From the NCBI GenBank assembly GCA_001179505.1, contig CDMY01000493.1, forward strand, positions 1 through 64,000: DNA of 64,000 nucleotides. The letters run 5' to 3'. This DNA comes from Vitrella brassicaformis CCMP3155. Taxonomy: Eukaryota > Protista > Chromerida. Below are positions 37,288-50,688 of the stretch, in pieces. Each line of letters opens with the position of its first letter. Positions within the stretch are counted from its first letter, which is position 1. The translations under genes were made by a program, and so were the position numbers. The notes beneath the pieces are model-generated. The model was not told where the DNA came from. It made no database searches and saw nothing but the letters and a program-made list of their open reading frames with translations.

Positions 37288-40200
37288 ACCCTCTCGCGTC
37301 CATCTTCTTGTGTTTCCCCTTCCGCGCGCCGCCACCCCCGATCCCGAGCGCCATGCCTCGCGGCGGCCCGGCCATCAAACGTCTCGGAGCGGCGCCCCTG
37401 AGGAGAGAACGCGCCACGGGCATACCGCCAGGGGCCATGGGGGCCGCCGCCATGGCACACATCGCCATGGGCATCGCCATCCCGCCATACTCGTACTCGC
37501 CAGCCTGCATGAGAAGCACACAGACAGATGCAGACAGGAGTGGATGAATGAATGGACGGATGGATGGATGGATGGCAGTCGGGGCGATGCAGGGAGGGAG
37601 GACTTACTTGTGGCACCACAACTGTCTCGGGTGGTGGCTGCAGGACGGTGTGGGTGCGTTTCTCGATGGCCAGGTAGGACGTCCACTTGGAGGCCAGACC
37701 GAACGTCACACCGAGGGCGATCGCCTCAGCCTTCACCTGACACACATCCACACACACATAAACACAGACACACACACAAGTGTACCCACAACACCACCAT
37801 GGGCATCCTGGTCTTCCCGTACGTGGCTCTCGAGTTCGGGGCTAGGCGGTCTGCGGCCATAGCGGTGTCTCTGGCTCGGCTGCTCCATCGCCTCAGCCTT
37901 GTCGTGCAGCAGCGAGGTGCCCTCCTCCAGATCACGCAGCATCACACGGGCAGCTAGACGATGCAGCTGCACACACCATACAAACACATCACAGAGAGAA
38001 AGAAAGAGAGAGAGTGTGGCTGTGTAACGTGGATGGGCACGTTTGTTTCTACCATGCCGTCTTGCTGCTGTTCGTTGCCGTCGTCCAGCGGCAACCGCAG
38101 CTCGATCGGCCCCTCTGGCGAACTCGCCTTCAGCAACACATGGGTCTGACACACACGCACCCACACAAACACATGCACATACATTCGCACCACATGTGTG
38201 TGTGTGCATCTCTCTCCCGTACCGGTTTGGTGGTGTCGTGGAAGAGTGCGTAGGCCACGTAGTGCGACCCCGAGAACACAGGCGGGTTGTGGAAGGGCGC
38301 GCGCCACACGGGGAGGTCGGACGTCGACAGAGTTGTGGCGGGGGCGTGTGTGCCGTGTGTGGCCTCGAGGGCCTTGTCCTTCTCGCCAGCCTGCTTGGGC
38401 GCGAAGAACGACAACGCACCCTGTTGGCACAAAAGAGAGTGAGTGAAGTTGACATCTATCTATCTATCGTGGGTTGGGCGACGTACCAGTATGCCGGTCT
38501 TTTTGGGCTGCTCTGGCTGTGGCTGTTGCTGCTGCTGCGTGTCGGTGCCCGTGGTTGTGGGTGTGGGTGTGGGCGCAGGTGCAGGTGAGGGCTTGGGTCC
38601 CTCCCACTCGATGGTGAGGTTGGCTAGAGCCGGCTGCAGGGCTCGTTTGAGCTGACCGATCACCGCCTCACGCAAATCCTCAGTGTCCGTCACAAACTAC
38701 ACACACACACACACACACGTATACACACATGATGCAGAGAGAGATGTTGTTTATGTGCGTCCCTTCCCAACCATATACACGTACCTGTGCGTCGCCGTTG
38801 CCGTTTCTGGCGATGCCCTTGACGAGGTAGGTGCTGACGCCGCTCCCGATGCCCAACGAGAACACACGGGGCGGCTGGTGCTCGCCAGCCGATGGCGACG
38901 ATGGGTTGGCCTCCGTCTTGACGAGCTGCACCACCTCCGCCTCGTTGCTCACCTGACCGTCCGTCAGCACAAACACCTGCCTGCAACCAACACACATACA
39001 CACAGAGAGGGAGAGATGCAAGAGATCAGCGCAGATGAGTGTGTGTGCGTGTGCGTGTGTGTGTGTGTGTGTTGGGGCCACCCACCCGATGGCTCACCGT
39101 GCGTATCCCTGAGTGGGCTTCATCTTCTTGAAGAGGTGCTCCAGTGGCTTGAGGATCTCGGTGCCGCCCATGTCGGCATCGACCGTCGACACGAAGGCCA
39201 GCGCCTCGGCGACAGTGGCCTCGCTGGACTTCACCGATGAAGGCTTCCACACACTGATTGATTGCACCACACACCCACAAGCATCCACAGCGCACAGAAA
39301 GCCAGTGTGTCTTGGGAACGCTTACCTGAAGGAAGATCCGAAGGAGATGAAGCTGAAGTAGCAGTCCATTGGCAGCGACTTGAGGAAGATGGTCATGGCC
39401 TTCTTGCTCTGCTCGATACGCGAGCCGCCCATCGACCCCGAGCGGTCCAGCACAAACACCAACTCGCACTTCTGCTCATCCAGCGTGAACTGAGACACAC
39501 ACACACACACACACACCACACAGAGATGGTCTCTCCCCGTTCTCATGTGTGTGTGGTGTGTGTCTGCTCTGCTCACCTTGGGGACGATGCTCATCATGGC
39601 CGCGCCGCGGTAAGGGCAGCACGCCTTGACATCGACCTTGTCTCCCTCTTTGTCCTTGTCGACCTCCATTTTGTCGTCCTTCTTGCCCCCGCCCTCTGTC
39701 TGGTCGGCCAACGCCAGGCGCTTCTCTCTCTGCTCTTCGAAGTATCGCTCGGGCAGCAGCTGCCAGAAGACACGCGGCGTGTGCAGGTCAACCACGTGCA
39801 CCTGGATGATGATGTCGGCCGCTAGGAAGACTTCCGGCAACGCCAGGGTGACCTCAGCCGACCTGACAACACACGGCATCCATCAGTGTGTGTGCGTCTT
39901 TCTTCCCACCTCTCTCTCTCTCTCTCTGTGCCGCGTGTGCGTGCTCACGTTCCCTCCATTTTGGAGACTTTGATGGGGTGCGACGGCGACTCGATGCTGT
40001 CGATCTTGCTGGGCATGGCCATCTTGGCGGTTAGAGAGAGCTTGGCGGCGTTGGCGCCCATGTCAGGGGTGGTGCCGGGCGTGACGTAGGTGACGTTTTG
40101 CGGCACCTCGGACGCCGGCTGGTGCTCGGGTGTGTAGCGGGGGGCGATGTGCGTCGGCAGGGTGAAGCGGATGCGCTTGTCGAATATCGACAACTCATGG

Positions 40201-41238
40201 CAGTACTGACACACAGATAAGGAATATGGGTGGATGTGCGCAAATCTTCCCTCCCTCCCTCCCTCCCTGTGTGTGTGAGGGTCACCTTGACGAAGACCTT
40301 GACGGTCTTGCCTGGGAGTATGTTGCCGACGGAAGCCTGGAAGATGTCGGGCCGCTCCTGCTCCATGAGGTAGGCGCCGTGTCCGGCCGATATGGCCTCG
40401 TCGTACTCCTTCTTGGCCTGCACCTTCTCCTTGACGATGCCCATGATCTCTTTACCCTCACTCTCGGCCCAGAAACCTGTCACGTAGCCAGATGGACACA
40501 CACAGGGGAGAGGACACATTGTGTGTGCCCGTGTGTCTGTGTGGGGGTGGGTGCGTACCAGTGACGGCAGAGCTCTCGACCAATGGGAAGCAGTACTTGG
40601 CCTCGATGGGCTTGTCGCGGTCATTCATGTAGGTCTGGCAGAGCACCGTCTCGGCCACAGTGTCCAGCACGTTCGCCTCGGCGTGAACACTCACCTACAC
40701 ACACACACACACAGGGGGGGGGNNNNNNNNNNNNNNNNNNNNNNNNNNNNNNNNNNNNNNNNNNNNNNNNNNNNNNNNNNNNNNNNNNNNNNNNNNNNNN
40801 NNNNNNNNNNNNNNNNNNNNNNNNNNNNNNNNNNNNNNNNNNNNNNNNNNNNNNNNNNNNNNNNNNNNNNNNNNNNNNNNNNNNNNNNNNNNNNNNNNNN
40901 NNNNNNNNNNNNNNNNNNNNNNNNNNNNNNNNNNNNNNNNNNNNNNNNNNNNNNNNNNNNNNNNNNNNNNNNNNNNNNNNNNNNNNNNNNNNNNNNNNNN
41001 NNNNNNNNNNNNNNNNNNNNNNGGGGGGGGGGGGGGGGAGGGGCACGACAAAACACCGTGTTTGTGCGGCCAGCAAGACATAAGAGTGTGTGTGTTGGTG
41101 TCCACTCACCAGTGGCACACGCGTGGGTGGCGGGGCTGGCTTGTCGTCACCCTTGCTGATGACGGTGTCGGTGATGACGCCAACCGGGTGGACGACGAAC
41201 AGTCCGCAGTGGGAGGCATAGTCGAATTTCTTGACCAT
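36612..41238 (-). CDS. VIT (vault inter-alpha-trypsin) plus von Willebrand factor A domain protein, VWA5A-like; spans an assembly gap
   Basis: VIT segment: VHAEANVLDTVAETVLCQTYMNDRDKPIEAKYCFPL and FQASVGNILPG. vWA segment: ELVFVLDRSGSMGG (MIDAS), MGGTEILKPL, VFVLTDGQVSNE and RVFSLGIGSGVS. The C-terminal LAITLGVTFGLASKWTSYLAI-type region follows. Confidence 0.92.
40723..41022. other. Assembly gap (300 N) flanked by poly-G, inside an intron of the VIT-vWA gene
   Basis: Run of N with G homopolymers on both sides. Confidence 0.98.
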
Positions 41239-42059
41239 GGTGGCAGCTGTTGTTGTTGTTGTTGTTGCTGATCCCGATGGATGACAGGTAGGGACAGGCG
41301 ATGAGTAGCAAAGATGCTCAGAAGCAAACACTGGAATAAGAACAAACACGCTTGTGTCACGAGACTATTCGAAGGTATGCGGAACGCACAGAACTAGGAA
41401 AAACAGAAGTGGTTGGGGAAGTTGACGCGATGCCGAGTGGACGTCCACTTCCACATCCACTTCTCGGGTTTCAGGGTTAGGGTTTGGATGAGGGTGGCGA
41501 GAAAAGGGAGACTTGAAACGGCATCCCAAAACTTGGCTGCGGCCGAGGAGGCTGGCTGGGACATCGACACGGCCACACACTAATGGCACGGCAGCGGTGA
41601 CATGTGTTGGCACAGTAGCTGACCAGCAGACGAGAAGGCCCTCAAAAAGGTCAGCACAGGGTGGGCGGGCACACGTTAGATTTGTTGACGTGTTGCTTAA
41701 CGCAGGTCGGGTCCGAATGTGTAGTCGGCATGGTGGCCCATCCTGGCTCCAAGCAGTACAACGGCGGTGTGCTGCGTGCGCCCAAATCGTGCCCCGGCCT
41801 CCAGTGTGACCAGCATCTCGCGGGGTTTGCGGCGCTCTGCATTGCCACGTTTGCCGCCCTCACCTCGGAGCTACTCGTCTACCCCATCCACGACCGCCCT
41901 CATCCACCATCGCCCGAGGAGCTCAGCATACGGGCGCAGAAGGGGGTCGCCACCCGTCGCGCCCGCTACGGCACTGCCTCGACATACGCCACCCGTCTCG
42001 CCAACCATGGCCCCGCCCGCATTCGTGAGCAGCAGCTGCATATCCTGCAGGGCTGTAGC

Positions 42060-42263
42060 GGGTGATGCAGCATCTTGGTATCGCAATGCACATCACGGAC
42101 GACACATGTATTTGTGTTGCACTTGTGGAGGAAGAGGAGGGCGACGGTGAGCGGACAACACGAGACATCCGCAGCTGTCAGGGCATTCCATCTCTGTACC
42201 GATGCAGGAAGTGATCGACCGTTTAAAGGAGAAGGCAGTGCTTGAGGAGGCGAAAAGACTGGT
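42060..42263 (+). repeat. ~200-nt dispersed direct repeat (second copy 45189-45391), including a shared small intron
   Basis: ggtgatgcagcatct(t/c)ggtatcg...gaagaggagggcgacggtgagc...gcagctgtcagggcatt...gatgcaggaa...gaggaggcga(a/g)aagactggt occurs in both copies. Confidence 0.9.
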
Positions 42264-45200
42264 ATTCAACAGGGCCCGAGAGGTATCCAGCTGGAGAAGG
42301 ACATGCCGAAACCAGCACCTGATTCTTCTATGCAGCCCCCTGACACCGAATCTTCTCATCGGAGACCCCCGGGCAGCCCGAGATCGAGAGGTCCTCCTTG
42401 AGAACAAAGTATGCATGAATCAACCGTGTACGTAGGTGTGCAGAATACTCTGTTGAGCTGCTGTTGAGCTGCTCTCCTTGGTGCTGATAATGGGTCGCCA
42501 CGGCATGCCTAATACACAAGTAAGTGTGTGCACGTGATGTCTCCTTCGTTCTTTGCCGTGCAGAAGAGATCGGTGAAGAGAGCGACCGGGCCTGGGGGAG
42601 CGACCAAGCAGCATTTGAGGAGTGTCGACGACATGACGCAGACGCATCTGGTGCACCGGTTGTCGGATTCGGCGGGGTGTCGGGCATGAGAGGGTGTGTC
42701 TGGTGGACCCCTCACATGCCCGTGTCAACAGGCCGGGTGTGTGCGAGGTGCTCCAGCTCCGTGACCAGGGCGGGAAAATGAAGATAATGAAATGGATGAA
42801 GGACGACGGCCTTGAGCCCTGGCAGGAGCCCTTTCAGGACAGGAGCTGGCGCAGGCCAATGGTGTGGGTCACGAACGAAGGTATGAAACGAAAGAAGTGA
42901 GAGCGACTTTTGTCTTTCCCTCTGTGTGTTTGCATCAGCGATCAATTTGTCCAGGCTAAGCCATCCCAACATCAGCGGCTGCGAGGGCATCATGCTGAAC
43001 AACGGCGTTACTGCCGTCTTCAGGGCCGCAGCCTGGACAAAACGGTGACAAAGCACCTGCCCACTTCCTTCTACCTGCATATCACCAGGCAGCTCCAGTC
43101 GGCCCTTGTCTACATGCACTCACGCGAATGCCTGCATCAAGACATCAACCCAGGTAGGTGTGAGGCGCATCCAGCAGGTGCATAAGAGGCATGCATACAC
43201 ACACTCTCTGTGTATGCATGCATGTATCCATCCGTCAGATAACATACTCCTGGAAGACGGTACGAACAAGGTGCGTGTGCCCACTGGACTGCCTCAAGAG
43301 GCCCGAGCTGTTTCACATGGTTCCGCCAGCCATCCTACCGCTTCTAGAGCAACTCGAATCGTTCCCGTCGACCTTATTCGATGCCAACTGGTCGGCTTGA
43401 CGATTGGCGGTTGGCTCACGGAGTTCAAGGAGAAAGAGAAGGTAGCAGCATTCATCGGTGGGGCGAGGGGCGTGGAGCGGGAGACAGGATACACAACGGA
43501 GTACGTGCCGCCCGACACCAACCTCTTGCCACCTGCACAGGCCGGCTTTCCAAATGTCCCCCGGCAGCCGCCTCAGCACCAGGGTGGCCCTGTGCAGAGA
43601 AAGCGAAAGGATGGATCCATCCATCGCTGCTTGCATTTTATATTTGGAGTCTCTGCAACGGTGGCATTGTCCAGATCAACGACCTAGTAGTGGTCATCTA
43701 CTTTGCGGTGTTTGGCATGACCTACTTCACCATAAGAGCTATGGGAGAAGATGGAATCAGCGTCGAGCCCTATTGCTCACAGCTAGACGTGGTTCATGGT
43801 GTGGCCAATGGTGTTGTGCTTTGGCTGCCAATGGTGCGGCCAATCGGCTGATCTGGCTTCAGCTGATGGGCACCAGTTCGCAAGAAGGAGACTCGGAAAG
43901 CTATTTGGTGCTGGCACGGGGTGGAACAAGTGGCGGCTGTCTGGATTGGCCTCACGCCTCCCCGAGCGCAACCCAGACATGCAAGTCGAGTACCAGCACA
44001 TCATCCACGCCCTGAAATCGATCAGTAGGCATGTTCTACACGACTGACATACAGACACAGCCCGTCAATGTCTCTCTTCCCTCTTCCACGCGTAGCACGG
44101 GAAACTGCAGAAAATCTTCGCAAGACAATCTCCCAACTCAAAGAGAAGCTCGAGAATACCCAAGTAGACCCGTGGGGCTGCCTCTATGAGGACGCACAGG
44201 AAGAGATGGATCGCTGGGAGTTTGTTGCTCAGCTCGTCCGAAATTTGCAGCGCGCGGGGCTGCAGAAGCTTATGCGTGAGGTCGGAGAGGAGGCAAATAT
44301 CAATAACAACACACACATGAGACACGTCTTTGCATTGCACGAGGTAAGCAGAGAGATAAGGTACGCGCAGCCTTTTGTCTGTACTGACTGGAATAGGAGG
44401 TTATTGAGAGGCTGAGGAGGGAAGCCATATCAGAGGAGGCAAGTGATTAGTCTGGAATCGGTCGAGAGAGGTAAGTAGGCGAAAGAGGAAGATGAGACTA
44501 TCTTGGCTGAAGACATCCGTGCAACCCATGACTGGGAAGTCATCAAGTGCTGCTCGATGTACAACCAGTTCATCCACGTGCTCTTCTCTTGGGCCCGCCT
44601 CACCGCGTTCACCGTCGCCTACTTCATCCATCAGGGGAATGACAAGACCAAAGCTTTCCTTAAGCTAGAGAAGACCAAAGCAGAAGGTGAGAGACATGCA
44701 GGCAAGCTACAGGGAGACACAGGCTGCAGAGAAACATGCAGACACACCATACTTGTGTGTGCATCTCTCCCATGTGCGTCTCTCGTAAAAAGAGATTGCC
44801 ACACACTTAGACATCCAGGTAAAAATGCCTCAAAGCGCTTGCAGCATACCGTATACTTTGCGAGTGTCGATGTATGCTCAGCTCACGGAACTCATTGAGT
44901 TGCACGATTTCGAAGAATGCAGCTCCAAGATTCGGCGGGCCGCCTTGACACATATCGGTAGGCCCCGCAAAAGATGAGACGCATCACTAGTAGGCCTGCA
45001 ATCAGTATGGCGTGTCTCCCTCCTCTTCCATTATGAGTCTGTAGGGCATTTCATAGACTGCAGAACCAGCTCGAGGCCTTTCAAGTCGACGAATGGCTGC
45101 CCATCTGGCAAGACGCAGATGAGGAGACCGAAAATTGGATGTTCGTCAGCGAGACTATAAGAAATCTCAAGCGGGAAGGGCTGCAGAGGGTGATGCAGCA

Positions 45201-45700
45201 TCTCGGTATCGTAATGAACATCACCAATGACACAATGATGACGCATATATTCGCGTTGCATTTGTGGAGGAAGAGGAGGGCGACGGTGAGCAGACAACAC
45301 GCAGCTGTCAGGGCATTCTCTCTGTACGGATGCAGGAAATGATCGACCATTTGAAGGAGGAGGCAGTGCCTGAGGAGGCGAGAAGACTGGTGAGGGACAT
45401 GCCGAAACCAGAACTGTTTGTTCTATGCTGATGTGCGATCTGCAGGAAGATGGGTTGCGAAAGCTGGTGCACCATTCGCCACGAGAAGACACGGGTCAGA
45501 CACATCTTTCAATGACACTATGGCAAAGGAGGAACAACAGGGTAGGTGGGAAGGATACACATACTCACTAAAGGCACACACTCGTGCGCTGATACAGGAG
45601 AGGATAGAGCAGCTGCGAAAGGACTCACTTGAGCAGGACGCGAAATCTTTAGTGTTGAGTCGCGCAAGAGAGGTAAACAGGGAAACAGAAATATGATGAA
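42060..45700 (+). pseudogene. Degenerate Ser/Thr kinase-like locus with repeated helical domain (frameshifted)
   Basis: Kinase remnants: GVCEVLQLRD...KIMKWMK, LSHPNISGCEG, QLQSALVYMHSRECLHQDINP|DNILL, GYTTEYVPPD and SQLDVVHGVANGVVLW. There is a frame change near 43020, no DFG, and further frame breaks near 43850. Confidence 0.6.
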
Positions 45701-46403
45701 AGGCGGCACATCATATGTCGTGCCAATGCATGTAGGCACCGGGGCCGTATACGGTTGTCACGGATTGTTTGCTGGTTGTCATTTGAGTCAGGTATGGCAG
45801 CTAGACAGAAGAGGGCAGACAGACACATGGAGAGACGCATGGACAGACAGATAGAAATTTGTCTCTTCTCTTTCAGAACCGAGTGAGGATAAGCTCCTGG
45901 CTGACGACGCTGCGAGAAATCAAAGTGGATCACATGAGGAGCCAGGTATGTCACATGAATTGGAAGGAGTGGCGAGCGGGATGTGTGAGTATATGGCTGG
46001 GAAGAGAGGCGATGACGTGTCATGTCATGTGACGTGTTCATGTAGCTGAAGAATCGCTGCCTATATTTTATATTGCGACTGAGTGTGGTGGCTTAGGAAT
46101 GGCTGAGAGCACCTGTCTTGAGTGATGCCCGGGTTTGCTGGGTGCGCTGGGCTGTGACTCTGGCTATGTGTATGGGTACGACAGTAAAGTGACAGTAATG
46201 CGATTGACGGATTCATGTATTCACGTACTCAACATATAATCATCCTGGCCATCCAACTGTGGCGCGTCCATTTGAATGCACTGTCCATCCAGCCCACTGA
46301 AGCATGCAATCCGCACCCACACACACACTATCACAACAGCACCGCCCAAATGACACTGGGGAAGGCCCGGCCCAAACGGCTGGCGCCACAGCCAAATCGC
46401 AGC

Positions 46404-47856
46404 CTACGCATTCAGCACATCCTTGACCACACCACGGACGAGTGCCACTGTGCGTGGGTAAAGCGCTGCGCCCCTCTTGCCGCGAGCGGATCGCTCCGTT
46501 GTGAAGACAGAAAAGCACGTGCTGCCGTACACCGTCAAGTAGACAGCGAAGTCGTCGATGGACTTGTCTCCACACAGAATCACAATCGTCTTCTTCCTTT
46601 CCTCGATCTCGGCCGCCTTGTGATAGCCTCGCCAGGTGGGGCTCGGCGGCGCGCCCACCTCCGCAGCCAGCTGCTCCTCGGCACCTCTCGTCATGAGGAC
46701 GTCCCCATCCAGCAGGTTGATCATGACGCGCCCGTCGTGCCGGTCACGGTAAGCTGAGTGGACTATGAGGTCGGTGAACGATGAGTACGCTCTGTTTCCA
46801 GCTGCAGGCAGACAGGCAGACAGACAGGCAGGCACACAGACCAACACGTCGAAGACCAGGAAGATCACATCGCCTTTATGTGCTGACTGGCTTACATTTG
46901 GTGGGCGGGTCACATGCGGCAGAAGGCACCACACCGGGCGTGTGGTATGTCATAGGCTGTGAGCTCGACCCCAGGCAGTCTTGATTGTCATCACGGCCCA
47001 CTCGGAAGGTGGAGATCAACCGACGGCTGAAGAGTGAGTACTGCCGCACCGCTCCCGGCCGCGCGTCAAACACGGCCCGGCTGCCCACCGCCTTCAAGTC
47101 ATCGGCAGTAACGGCGATTGGCAGAGACGCCATCATCCCGCAGTTCTTCATGAAGTGGATGAGCGGCACGATGGGCTCCCAGCAGCCTCCCTCCTCGATG
47201 ACGTACAGCAGCCGCATAAGGTACTCGATGTGGCTCATCCCCTTGTCAAGCCCGATTGCCAGCCGCAGGCCACCCCACACGAGGCGAGCGACCCACACGA
47301 AGGCGTCCTCAAAATACATCATCTTCTCCATCACCGTGTCCACATCTCGCCGTGCCCACTCCGTAATGAATACCCGCCAATGAAGGATCATGCCCACAGG
47401 AAGCCCGACAAAAAACGGAACAACCCACTTGGACGTGGCAGTGACCAGCCAGTGATCCGCTACGAAGATGGCAAGGATATTTCGTACCAGCCACTGCATC
47501 GGCAACAGAATGACAGCTATCAGGATGCCGACAACGATGAAGAAGCCAATGATCATCGCAGCGAGGGTGCCGAGATGGCCGATGGCAGTTGAAAGGGCGC
47601 TGCAGGCGGCCTTGACAGAGTGCCGGAGGAACGCCTGAGCCGTCTTGTGTCGCTTGCGGTAAGACAGCACGGAGTCCAGGCCGTTGGTGCGGATGGCGGC
47701 GTCGAGGCGGCCCGTGAGGAAGTCCTCACTGACGAGATGCCAGCCGACGCTTCTGGACGTGGCGCGGAGGGCGCCGAAGCTGTCGGCTTTGAGATACCTC
47801 AGCAGCTGGAGGGAAACATCGTCAGGAAGGCCAAGCAGATAGCTCCGGTCGCCCAT
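46404..47856 (-). CDS. Member of a lineage-expanded hypothetical family (F-box-like N-terminus, central hydrophobic helices); apparently intact
   Basis: MGDRSYLLGLPDDVSLQLLRYLKADSFGALRATSR...MSHIEYLMRLLYVIEEGGCWEPIVPLIHF...; one intron 46802-46895; ends KDVLNA*. It is an inverted paralogue of 59173-60659. Confidence 0.8.
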
Positions 47857-48258
47857 TGCTCGACAAGGAAACACCCAGTGGAGGCCTTTGCTCTATAATC
47901 CGTCCGAAGCCATCCCCAGGTGCGAGCTTCGGGCCTCTCCTGCGAGCTAAGCTTGAGAGCGTAGGTTTTTCCTCCGCGGAGAGGACGAAGAGTGAGCTGA
48001 CTTTCTGGCTGTATGTGAGCCTTCCTGTTCGCTCCTCGATAAGCGAGATCTCCAGGTCAGTCAGAAATCTCGGCGGAAGGAGAAGCCGCGATACCTGAGG
48101 GAAGGAATACCCTGCTGTGTTGTGTTGTGTTGTGTTGTGTGACTTCAGGTTGACGCTGGGCATCAGATAGCCCACAGCGGATAAGAAGGAAGGGTGACAG
48201 ATCTCCTGAGTCGAGTCAGTCTGGCGTGTGTTGTATCCTCTGATGTGACGTCACGACG

Positions 48259-50688
48259 ATGATTGACCTCTGCCACACAACACTGGTACCACACCGCGGA
48301 CCAACCTGAACACACACAGCCTATCGGAGTGTGATGTGTGTGTGTGCGTGTGTGTGTATGTGTGTGCAGGTGTGCCTCTTCGGGGTGCACGCGGCTTCGG
48401 CCTTAATTTTCTTTTTCCCCATCAACTTGGCGCCCAAGCGGCTGCTGATCCGGCTGGTCTCCAAGTCACATTTTCCCATCAAGGCCCTCACAGTGGCCGT
48501 CGTGGCGTCCTTGTCGCTGCTGGTATGGTGCATCGGCCGCCTCAACCACTGGGTGCCGACTCTGGTCACACCTGACAAAACAACACTGGTACACACACAC
48601 ACACACACACACTCACACACAGACACAGACACAGAGAGAGAGAGAGAGAGCGCTCTTGTGTTGCTGTGCTGGCTGTTTGTCCGCTCAGGTGGTGGATATG
48701 TGGCTGAGTGCATCGAATGTGTTTGCGTTCGGGGTGCTGCGTCAGCTGTGTTACCTGTGCTATCACAACGAGGAGGCCGTCATGCAGATGGAGCAGCTGG
48801 CGGCCTCCCGCGACATCCTCGAGTGGCAGCCGCCCACATTCGAGACGCTCGCACCCATACTCGTCCCCTACAAGTGGCTCGTGTCGCCCAAGGTCAGTCA
48901 GGCTGCAGACACACACACAGACCGACACACACACCAGTCAGACAGTGAGTGCATTTCTTTGTCGGTGTGTTGGTGTGTTGGAAGTTCTATGGGCTGGATC
49001 GCATTCCTGACGAGAAGACGCACCGGCTGCTGTTTGTGAGCAACCACGCCCTGTGGGGCCTGGAGATGCCACTGCTCATCGAGGGCGTCTACAGGCTCAA
49101 GAACATGTTCCTCAGAGGCCTTGGCGGTCAGCCCACTCCACACACACACACACTGTGACATCCAGACATCACATGCATGTTTGTGTGTGTGTGTGGGCAC
49201 ATACAGACCGGGTGCATTTCTATCTGCCGGGCCATCGTCACCTGTTCGAGATGATGGGTGCGGTGGAGGGCACCCGCCCCAACTGCCGCCTGATGCTGCG
49301 CCACGGTTTCAACGTTCTGGTGTACCCTGGGGGCGCTCGTGAGGTGTGGAAGAATAAGAAGAACCGCAAGTACGAGCTGCTGTGGGGCAACAGGGTGGGG
49401 TTCGCCAAGATCGCCATCGAGGAGGGGTGCACTATTGTGCCGACCTGCTCGGTGGGGACCGAGGATATGCTCGAGATACTCCGGGTGGGGGAGAATGAAT
49501 GGATGGACCAGAGGAGAGAGGGGGGGGAAGCGCTGCTGGATGGATGGATGCTGTGGATGGGCATGTGTGTGTGTGCAGGACATCCCGATCGACTGGCTGA
49601 TAGGCCGGTCGGGGCTGAGCATTCCCATCTTGAAAGTACCCACGCCAGCAGAGACACAACGGGTCTACTTCTGGTCAGTCAGCGTGACAGCCAGCACGCA
49701 CACAACAGGCACCCTGCCTGTCTGTCGGTCTGTCTGTCTGCCTGCTTAACGCATGTGGTGGTGTTGTGTGGTGTGGTGTGTTGTGTTGTGTTGCGCGTGT
49801 GATCAGGTTTGGTGATCCGATCAGCACTCATGAGTACAAGCGTGAGCTGGGCGAGTGCTCCATTAAGGCGTCATTCGCCAACGACGAATACGACGAGGTG
49901 TGCACCACACCACACCACACCCCGACAGACACACACACGCTTATCCATCCAAACAGACACACACATATGCCGCCCGTCCGTCTCTCTGTCTGTGTGTGGT
50001 TTGTCTACAGAAGCTGCAGCGCTTCGCAGAGGCCCTCCGTGACAAGACAAAAGCAGCCGTCGAATCAGGTACGCATAGAATGTCCCCCGCCCCCCCTCAG
50101 CCCCGCCACCTCTCACCCTCCCTCCCTCCCTCCCGTCACACAGGCATCAGCTACCTACAGAAGGTGCAAGCGGAAGATTGCGAGCGGCTCCTCCCCGACC
50201 GTGTCAAGCTCACAGCCGAGGCTATCAAGGCGGCCATCACCGCCCAAGTGGAGCGGTCTCTGAAGCCCTTCACCAACAACGACGGCACTGGGGGCGGCAC
50301 TCCTTTGCGATCGAGGTCACCTCTGCACTCGTTCCTCTCGAGCCTGTCGGGGCGGTCGGGCTCCTCTCCCGGCAAGATGTCGCCTGCATCGTCCTTTCCG
50401 CACATGTACGCATAGCCCCCCCCCCCTCCCTCCCTGACATGACAGCACTGATCGATTGCGAGAATTCTCTCTGTGCTCTGTGTTTGTCGGGCGGTCAGTG
50501 ATGAGGCGGATGACGGTCGTGAGGATTATGAGTGCGGTCATGATGATGACACCGAGGAGGGCGGGTGGGAGGGCGGGCCGCAGAGGGCGTCAGTCGACAG
50601 CGGAAGTGGGGCCACCGACACCGACACAGAGGCAGCAGCAGCCGCGAGGAGGCGGTCCTCACCACCCAAGGGGCGAGACGACTCATAG
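48259..50688 (+). CDS. DGAT2/LPLAT-superfamily acyltransferase (TMEM68/phytyl-ester-synthase-like domain)
   Basis: FYGLDRIP...LLFVSNHALWGLEMP (catalytic His motif), VLVYPGGAREV, LLWGNRVGFAKIAIEEGCTIVP, RVYFW|FGDPIST. N-terminal hydrophobic segments; about 10 exons. Confidence 0.88.

Noticed and set aside
40521-41349. ORFs running through N (also 57089-58001)
   Set aside because: They are artefacts of translating assembly gaps.
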